This document shows positions 8,755 to 15,036 of a stretch of DNA of 17,539 nucleotides, in pieces. Below the pieces are notes generated by a model. It made no database searches, was not told the DNA's origin, and was given only the letters and a program-made list of their open reading frames with translations. How positions within the stretch are numbered: the first letter of the stretch is position 1; each line of letters opens with the position of its first letter. A program made the position numbers and the translations under genes. This DNA comes from an uncultured Methanosarcinaceae archaeon (GTDB taxonomy: Archaea; Halobacteriota; Methanosarcinia; Methanosarcinales; Methanosarcinaceae). The stretch covers positions 1 through 17,539 of the forward strand of contig CAVRJG010000035.1 of the NCBI GenBank assembly GCA_963721455.1. The letters are read 5' to 3'.

Positions 8755-8867
8755 ATTTTGGAAGGGATTGAACACATTCGGCAATGTAACAAAAGTTCTG
8801 TTAATATAAGAGGGTGAAAAGTCACTGGCTATGGTAACAAAGTTCCTGTTTTTCTATTTCATTAATG

Positions 8868-8974
8868 CATAGGTTTTGTGCTAAAACCTATGTATATTCT
8901 CCAGTATTCCTGGCAATTTGGCGCTGGAATTGGAAAAAACGAGCTAAAATACATAGGTTTTATGAAAATCAATG
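8868..8974 (+). other. Putative bipartite recombination/res-like site B (orphan)
   Basis: CATAGGTTT-TGTGCTA-AAACCTATG (8868-8892) plus a 23-bp CATAGGTTTTATGAAAATCAATG (8952-8974); same 84-bp offset as site A. Confidence 0.55.
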
Positions 8975-9201
8975 TAGAAAGTAGGCGGGCATCTGGTCTA
9001 TAAGCACATCGGGAAGAGGAAGGTTATAGCAGACAGGCCAGAAAATCCCGCATGATAACTATTACCTCTGCATTCAGTTAATTCCTGTCGAAAAACATGT
9101 CAGAAGCTACAAACAGGTCAGAAAAATTCAGTAATTTTCCTACAAAACAACTGCATTCCGATGTGCCTGCAACCGACTTCTTAAAAGTCTAAACGAGCCG
9201 T

Positions 9202-9420
9202 TCATTCATTCGGCCGATGTTTTCCATGTCGTTGAAGACCAAAGTATATGAGTGTGAGTGTGCCTGCTGCGATTGTTAAGCCTATGATTATGTACATTAC
9301 GTCGTTTTCGGTCACACTGTAATATTGCCGGACAACTTTTATAAATTTATTCTTCTGTTTGGCATGCTTGCAGGTATGGCTCCGGACTGTATACTTGCCG
9401 TCTTTACATCATGGCAGCAT
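9202..9420 (-). pseudogene. Possible small basic membrane-anchored protein gene with a premature stop
   Basis: Hand translation: MLP*CKDGKYTVRSHTCKHAKQKNKFIKVVRQYYSVTENDVMYIIIGLTIAAGTLTLIYFGLQRHGKHRPNE*, with one clear hydrophobic helix. Its upstream region is replaced by an IS6 end. Confidence 0.35.
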
Positions 9421-9424
9421 TTTG

Positions 9425-9482
9425 GGTTCAGTTGCAAAAAATTCAAAATAAGCAAATAAATCTATGAATAATGAATTAAAAG
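9425..9482 (-). mobile_element. Solo IS6 right-end fragment
   Basis: GGTTCAGTTGCAAAAAATTCAAAA...TAAATCTAT...TAATGAAT matches the reverse complement of the IS6 right end at ~17481-17538, not the MITE interiors. Confidence 0.8.
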
Positions 9483-9840
9483 CTCTCCGAGATAGTTTAA
9501 ATTCTGAAATGCCTGAAAATAGGGTGTATGTTTCTTGAAATTATTTTGTATTTGATAGGACACTTATCGAAGGTAAAAATACCAATGTCGAAATATCAAG
9601 GCTATTGCTAACGATTTTTAAAATATTGTCTATAGTCTTTAGAATAGTTGTAAACAAATATACATAGACACGTTTAACCGATAGCGTTTATTTTTGTTGA
9701 GTGAACAAAATTAGAGAAAAATCCCGGTTTAATTTGTCATTTTTTACGACTTCCTTAAAACCCATTTTTCCATAGGAAACGAAGGTAAACCCCGGACTTG
9801 TTTATAAGTGAATGTTACGAATTATTTTATTTTTCATACT

Positions 9841-9971
9841 GAGCCTATCCCAAAACCTACTTTTATTCTCAATTATCAGAATTATTCAGGATTTATTTCA
9901 TGATCAGAAACTCGGTTGGTCACTCAAATACGAGATCTAAATAAGCAAATTTTGAGTTTTGGGATCAGCTC
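9841..9971 (+). mobile_element. 131-bp MITE (family E) with 3-bp target duplication ACT
   Basis: TIRs GAGCCTATCCCAAAAC / GTTTTGGGATCAGCTC, with ACT at 9838-9840 and 9972-9974. Confidence 0.85.
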
Positions 9972-10167
9972 ACTAATAATGTTATTGAGTTATTGCAATA
10001 TTCCCAGGTGAATTTTTCAGGATTTAGTCTAATTTTTGATCTGGTTACCTGAACTAATACGCACTTATAAAAAAGCCTCTCTAAAGGGCTCAGAATCGTT
10101 CAGTCTCTTGTTATCGTTTTTACTGACATATTACTATAAGTAACGCCATGTAGTTAATTATATATAC

Positions 10168-10449
10168 ATGGAACGCCTTTTAGTAAATAGAGAAAGAACA
10201 ATGAGCGCAACAAAGTTGAGAATGGGAACAGCACAGAAACAAAATATCAGTGTTCAGCATGCATACTTTTACAAGCACGGCGGAAGAAGAACACAAAGAC
10301 CTACTCCAATGAACTTTAAAGAATGGCTCCGGGCTGGAATGGATCACTACAAAAAAGGATATGGTTTTACCTATGAGCTTGTAACCCCTAGCTTTGAGGA
10401 TAAACAGACCAGGGCAGGAAAGCTTGTTAAGAACTTGTGCAAATTTTAG
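10168..10449 (+). CDS. Hypothetical basic protein (start may be ATG 10201)
   Basis: 93-aa ORF, first of four co-directional ORFs, followed by a hairpin and T-tract. Confidence 0.55.
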   Translation: MERLLVNRERTMSATKLRMGTAQKQNISVQHAYFYKHGGRRTQRPTPMNFKEWLRAGMDHYKKGYGFTYELVTPSFEDKQTRAGKLVKNLCKF

Positions 10450-10500
10450 AGAGGAATACGAAACCGAATACCTCTCTAAGTTCTAACTTCTTTCTTTTCC
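10446..10500 (+). terminator. Hairpin plus pyrimidine tract, putative terminator
   Basis: TTAGAGAGG (10446-10454) / CCTCTCTAA (10471-10479), followed by TTCTTTCTTTTCC. Confidence 0.45.
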
Positions 10501-10550
10501 GAAAGTGGTATATGTTGCGCTCCGCTTTAGAACAGATAAGAGGCTAACCA

Positions 10551-10781
10551 ATGACTGAAACAAAAAAGCGAAGACAGGGACAGATTAAACCGGATGGTAA
10601 ACAGGCAGCCCCTAAACCGATTTGTAAGAAATGCGGTGAAATCATGATCCGCGCATACATAAGAGGAAGTGCAGAACGGAAGCGGGCTTATATTGGCTCA
10701 GGCTGGATGTGTCCCTCTTCTATCTGTGATTGCATTGTTAAAGACTTTGTAGAGCTGGGAGATCTGGAAGACGAGGCTTAA
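10551..10781 (+). CDS. Small zinc-ribbon-like protein
   Basis: GAGG RBS; CKKC...WMCPSSICDC cysteine pattern, basic N-terminus and acidic tail. Confidence 0.7.
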   Translation: MTETKKRRQGQIKPDGKQAAPKPICKKCGEIMIRAYIRGSAERKRAYIGSGWMCPSSICDCIVKDFVELGDLEDEA

Positions 10782-10783
10782 AT

Positions 10784-11074
10784 ATGGACATTGATACAGC
10801 AAAGAAACTAAACGAGGCATTAAAACCGCTTGGCTACACTGTGGGAAGGATATTCCTTGAAATGGGACAGTATGAAGCGGCAATTGAAATTGCTAAAAGT
10901 GATTTAAAGTACTCAGATTTGACGAATGATGAATACCAAAAGAAAAATGAGAAGATCAAATCACTTGAAGACGAATTTAGAGAAATCACCTGGACCGGAA
11001 ACAGAGACTTACCTCAGTCAACATTTCATTATAGAGACATATTAAAGAAGTTGGAAGGAGAGCCGGAGGAATAA
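10784..11074 (+). CDS. Hypothetical protein
   Basis: 96-aa ORF starting 2 bp after the previous stop, with a GAGG RBS. Confidence 0.7.
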   Translation: MDIDTAKKLNEALKPLGYTVGRIFLEMGQYEAAIEIAKSDLKYSDLTNDEYQKKNEKIKSLEDEFREITWTGNRDLPQSTFHYRDILKKLEGEPEE

Positions 11075-11078
11075 AAGT

Positions 11079-11321
11079 ATGAAAATGTCAATAATTGAAG
11101 CACTTGAAAAATTGGCAGAGCTCAACAACTACGAAGAAATTTTAGTAAAAATCAAAGATGAAGAACCTACTTTAATTGATTTAGAAATTGATGATATCCG
11201 AAGGTTCGCGGATGATCCGGACCAAACTTTTGATTTGATAGTCACAGAGTACACGATACGAGAGCTAGATGAAAACGGAAATGAAAAGTTAGGAGAACCT
11301 CTCTATAGAGTGGTTAAATAA
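11079..11321 (+). CDS. Hypothetical acidic protein
   Basis: 80-aa ORF with a GGAGG RBS, 4 bp after the previous stop and followed by an oligo-T tract. Confidence 0.7.
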   Translation: MKMSIIEALEKLAELNNYEEILVKIKDEEPTLIDLEIDDIRRFADDPDQTFDLIVTEYTIRELDENGNEKLGEPLYRVVK

Positions 11322-11325
11322 TCTA

Positions 11326-11345
11326 TTTTTTTTCTTTCCTTTTTG
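11326..11345 (+). terminator. Archaeal oligo-T terminator (duplicated at 11861-11879)
   Basis: TTTTTTTTCTTTCCTTTTTG immediately after the stop codon. Confidence 0.6.
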
Positions 11346-11419
11346 TGCTCTTCACTCAGTCCGGATCTATGCAGGCCTGACCGGGTAACACACTAAAAAA
11401 GTAATGAAAGGCTTTTCCT

Positions 11420-11531
11420 AAAATGAGAATAGAAAAGTCGAGGGGCTTGCAAAATCGGATTGCAGACGATATATGCAGATTAGATAATGCAGATGAACGA
11501 TTAGAGATGATAACTGGATTGCAAGCCCGGT
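11420..11531 (-). ncRNA. Candidate small RNA with a closing stem and internal TCTGCA repeats
   Basis: Minus-strand BRE/TATA (AAAAG-TTTATA, 11553-11563), a 10-bp IR GGGCTTGCAA/TTGCAAGCCC and a downstream T-rich tract. No expression evidence. Confidence 0.3.
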
Positions 11532-12227
11532 GTACTTCTTAACTTTATAAGTTATAAACTTTTATTTTTGTGTTGGAAAATAGAAGCGGAGTAAGCTTTC
11601 AAGTGCAGGCTTGTTTTCTCAAAAACTGCCCAAATAAATTATTATTGTTGTGAACTTCATTAAGTTTTATATTCACTCCATGCGTCGTTGTGAATACGGT
11701 GGATTCTCTATTTCCGGGATAATATTAACATTGGGTCCTCTCGCATATTATCCCGGCCTCCGTTTGAGTATTCTGTAGATCATTTCTATTGTGGATTTTA
11801 TAGAACTCGAAGAAGAAACAGAGCCAATCAACGAGTTAGAAAACGATTAATTCACTTTTCTTTTTTTCTTTCCTTTTTGCGCCATCTATCAGCTCCGGAT
11901 CCGCGCAATCCTGACACTAAAAAGGCATTCTTTCAATATGCTTATACGCTATACAAAAAGGAAGTTTTTCACAGGTTGGTAATGGTTGATGATTTAGTTC
12001 TTTTGTTCCGATATATTCAGGTTTTGAACTATCTTCGTGCTGATACACAATTTGTGGAGTTGCATCAAGGCCTAGTAGATGGTACCAAATTTGAATCGAC
12101 TCTGTACCCCTTGTTTTCAACCGCAAAAATCAGGATTTTCTGAATATCCCAGTCTGTATCCTTCTTCTTCCATGAAGATTTTACAGATAGCGTTGGCCTA
12201 CTTTGCGCTTTGTAACAGCTTCGCTGG

Positions 12228-12377
12228 GGTTCCGTTGCAAAAAATCTGACTTTGTTGCAAAATCAGTGAAAACCTTCACAATTAGGAAAGTTAATCATTT
12301 TCATTAGGGAAAAAATAATACATAAAGGTAAGAATTATAGTCTCAAATTGCAGAAATATTATTTTTGTACCAGAACC
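12228..12377 (+). mobile_element. IS6-derived MITE subtype A, complete (150 bp), no TSD
   Basis: TIRs GGTTCCGTTGCAAAAA / TTTTTGTACCAGAACC. Confidence 0.9.
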
Positions 12378-12592
12378 CCTTTTTCTGCATGCTCTGGAAG
12401 AAGCCTAAAATTTAACCTGCTATTCTCCTGGATTAAGGTTTGAATGTGGACCGCCTGTTTATGCATGTTCTCATTGAGCTTTTCTATCTGGTCGTCCTTT
12501 GTGTGCAGCTGATCATAAAGGGCCTGGACCTGTGTTTTTAGGTTTTCGATTCTTTCCTGTTGATTCTCATAGTTCTTTTCTGCAGCTTTCAA
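12378..12592 (-). pseudogene. Coiled-coil protein gene fragment, truncated at its 3' end by a MITE
   Basis: Heptad-rich ERIENLKTQVQALYDQLHTKDDQIEKLNENMHKQAVHIQTLIQE. The last codons in the ORF track come from the MITE, and there is no convincing start. Confidence 0.55.
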
Positions 12593-12871
12593 AGTATCCA
12601 GATTTTTACATCTTCCTTACTCCGAGGACCCACCGCACACATAGTAATTAAATTTAAATAGTTTCGAATCTTATTGGTTTTTATGCAGGCCCAATAAATC
12701 GGTCTGGGTCGGCACTGCAGTTTGGGGTAGGTCTGTGGTGATTCCTGCCCCTCGTCTCAAGCCAGAGCTGGTCAGTTTCTCCCCACCCATCTACCTTTTA
12801 CTCAGTCTCTATTTTTCTTCTGAAGCTTTTCAAGCAAAGTCGAGACTCTTTCTTTTGCAGTCTCTGTTTCC

Positions 12872-13019
12872 GGTTCTGTTGCAAAAAATCTAGCTGTTTT
12901 ACCAAACCAGTGAAAAACATCATAATTGGGATATTAAGATGTCATAAGCAGGTCAATAATAACACAAAAAAAGTTATTATAGCCTAAAAGGGTAGAAAAA
13001 TTATTTTTGCAACAGAACC
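12872..13019 (+). mobile_element. IS6-derived MITE subtype B, complete (148 bp), no TSD
   Basis: Perfect TIRs GGTTCTGTTGCAAAAA / TTTTTGCAACAGAACC; the interior aligns with the reverse complement of 14708-14856. Confidence 0.9.
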
Positions 13020-13195
13020 CCATAGAGAGCTGGATACTAAAGATTGGAATACCAGAGATTGAAATCTATTCCAGACAATGTCATGACCCTATAACATCTC
13101 TAAAGCATTACCAGAGCCTTTCTTTTACAGATTACGAAATGAGGGATATAGAAAAGAGACTCATAGAATGGGGAATTCTTAGAAGGGTAATTTAA
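13020..13195 (+). pseudogene. C-terminal remnant of a second small tyrosine recombinase
   Basis: IESWILKIGIPEIEIYSRQCHDPITSLKHYQSLSFTDYEMRDIEKRLIEWGIL is nearly identical to the 6662-6827 region; the 5' part is removed exactly at the MITE tip. Confidence 0.85.
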
Positions 13196-13284
13196 CTGTT
13201 TATGACCATTCCTACGGTAATATAAAATAGAATTGCAACAAATATTTAATGAAAAACATGTGAAAACTAGGCTTGGAGTCGACC

Positions 13285-13500
13285 ATGAGACAATTTCTCG
13301 TAGCTATAACAAAAGAAGATGACTTCTTTATTGCAAGATGTCCTGAACTCAATGTGACTTCTCAGGGTGAGACCCTTGAAAATGCAGAAAAAAATATTAA
13401 AGAAGCTATAGAACTATATATTGAGAGCTTTGGGACTGAGGACCTTCCGCAACATGTTTCCAAACCTTATCTGACCCTTGTGGAAGTTGCCCATGTCTAA
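13285..13500 (+). CDS. hicB: HicB family antitoxin (short form, no C-terminal DNA-binding domain)
   Basis: FIARCPELNVTSQGETLENAEKNIKEAIELYIE is the HicB/UPF0150 pattern; GGAG RBS precedes ATG 13285. Confidence 0.9.
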   Translation: MRQFLVAITKEDDFFIARCPELNVTSQGETLENAEKNIKEAIELYIESFGTEDLPQHVSKPYLTLVEVAHV

Positions 13501-13720
13501 ATTACCAGTTGTATCTGGAAAAGAACTTCTAAATGCATTAGAAAAGGCTGGATTTATTGTTGTGAGGCAAAAAGGAAGTCACGTGTCACTTCAAAAAATC
13601 ACTGATGAAGGAACTTACAGAACAATTGTTCCTTTACATACAAGACTTGCTAAAGGGACACTTCTTGATATTCTTCATCAAACTGGCTTAAGCAAGGAAG
13701 AATTAATAGATTTACTCTAA
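13493..13720 (+). CDS. hicA: HicA family toxin (mRNA interferase)
   Basis: MSKLPVVSGKELLNALEKAGFIVVRQKGSHV...VPLH...KGTL with the catalytic GSH motif; overlaps hicB by 8 bp. Confidence 0.92.
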   Translation: MSKLPVVSGKELLNALEKAGFIVVRQKGSHVSLQKITDEGTYRTIVPLHTRLAKGTLLDILHQTGLSKEELIDLL

Positions 13721-13724
13721 ATAT

Positions 13725-13938
13725 GATTCCGTTGCAAAAATAATATTTCTGCAATTTGACACTATAATTTTCACCTTTATGTGTCATTTTCTTCCTAATG
13801 AAAATGATTAACTTTCCTAATTGTGAAGATTTTCACTGATTTTGTAAAAAAGCCAGATTTTTTGCAATGGAACCATTTTTGCACCAGAACCAGAATTATA
13901 GTGTCAAACTACGGAAATGTTATTTTTGCACCACAACC
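13725..13938. mobile_element. IS6-derived MITE cluster: complete subtype A (13725-13874), 17-bp IR stub (13875-13891) and subtype A terminal fragment (13892-13938)
   Basis: Ends GATTCCGTTGCAAAAA, TTTTTGCAATGGAACC, TTTTTGCACCAGAACC and TTTTTGCACCACAACC. Confidence 0.85.
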
Positions 13939-14148
13939 TAATTGGCTCAGTTGCAGATCTAGCTAAATTAGCCAACATGTCATAGAAGAATCATCTTAGT
14001 CTACAAAGCGCTAATGACCCGTTTTGGCGGGAGATCCAAAAATACCCATTTTGTACAAATCTTTACTCTATTCAATAATAGGACAAGTTTATTGACCATT
14101 GATAGTTATTGGGGCTGAAATCACTTATAGAGAATAGCCGCCTATTAA

Positions 14149-14439
14149 ATGATACAAATGGATCCGATGGATAAAATCTTTGGAAAAACCGCACAGATGA
14201 CAGTCCTTAAGAACCTGATCGAAAAACAGAACGAACCAACCTACCTTTCAGGAATAGCTGAGGAAACTGGATTGTCCCACTCGAGCGTATCAAGGGTTAT
14301 CACCCCTCTGATCGCGTCAGGTATTGTCATAGAAAAACCACTCGGAAAAAATATCAGAACTTTCCAGCTAAATATAGAAAGTGAAGCAACAAATGCGATA
14401 GTTGATTTTTACAACAAAATCAACCAGATAATAGATTAG
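14149..14439 (+). CDS. Winged helix-turn-helix transcriptional regulator (ArsR/MarR-like)
   Basis: TYLSGIAEETGLSHSSVSRVITPLIASGIVIEKPLGKNIRTFQLN. The start may be 14158. Confidence 0.85.
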   Translation: MIQMDPMDKIFGKTAQMTVLKNLIEKQNEPTYLSGIAEETGLSHSSVSRVITPLIASGIVIEKPLGKNIRTFQLNIESEATNAIVDFYNKINQIID

Positions 14440-14570
14440 GCCTAAGAGCTTGTCTGGAAATTAAATTTGAATGTACACTTGGATAATGAGCAACGTTAAC
14501 TTTAAATTCGTATAGTAAATTTTCCGAAATTCAGGTACACATTCCCTTAAGAATGGCGCTTTATCCCATA

Positions 14571-14600
14571 GGACTTACACACTCGGTGCATAAAATCAAG
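14571..14600 (+). repeat. Left end of a family D MITE, truncated by an IS6 MITE
   Basis: GGACTTACACACTCGGTGCATAAAATCAAG resembles the family D end GGACTTATGCGATTGAGGTACAAAATTAAG (reverse complement of 7631-7660). Confidence 0.5.
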
Positions 14601-14856
14601 GGTTCTGATGCAAAAAATCTGCCTTTGTTGAAAAATCAGTGAAAAACTTCACAATTAGGAACGTTAATCATTCCTATCACCGGGAAAATGGTACACAAAG
14701 ATAGAATGGTTCCGTTGCAAAAATAATTTTACTGCCTTTTTAGGCTATAACTATTGCTTTTTGTATCATTATTGACCTGTTTATGGCATATAAATATCCA
14801 ATTTGTGATGTTTTTCACTGGTTTTGTAAAATAACCAGATTTTTTGCACCAGAACC
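14601..14856. mobile_element. IS6-derived MITEs: truncated subtype A (14601-14707) and complete subtype B (14708-14856)
   Basis: Ends GGTTCTGATGCAAAAA (14601), GGTTCCGTTGCAAAAA (14708) and TTTTTGCACCAGAACC (14856). Confidence 0.87.
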
Positions 14857-15036
14857 TCATGGAGAGTTGATGAAACCTACATCAAAGTAAAAGGTAAATG
14901 GAAATATTTTTACCGAGCAGTTGACTCAAATGGAGATACAATTGATTTCATGTTGAGTGCAAAACGAAATCGAAAAGCAGCGAATAGATTCTTCAAAAAA
15001 GCTTTGAGCTCTAATCATAATCAAATTCCAAGAGTA

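Noticed and set aside
8972-9055. ATG-TAG frame after site B as possible pyrrolysine readthrough
   Set aside because: It would give only ~27 aa with no recognisable similarity.
11877-12227. ORFs 11877-12143 (+) and 11917-12126 (-)
   Set aside because: Both have TTG starts without an RBS. The minus frame may be a frameshifted remnant cut by the MITE at 12228, but I cannot assign it to a family.
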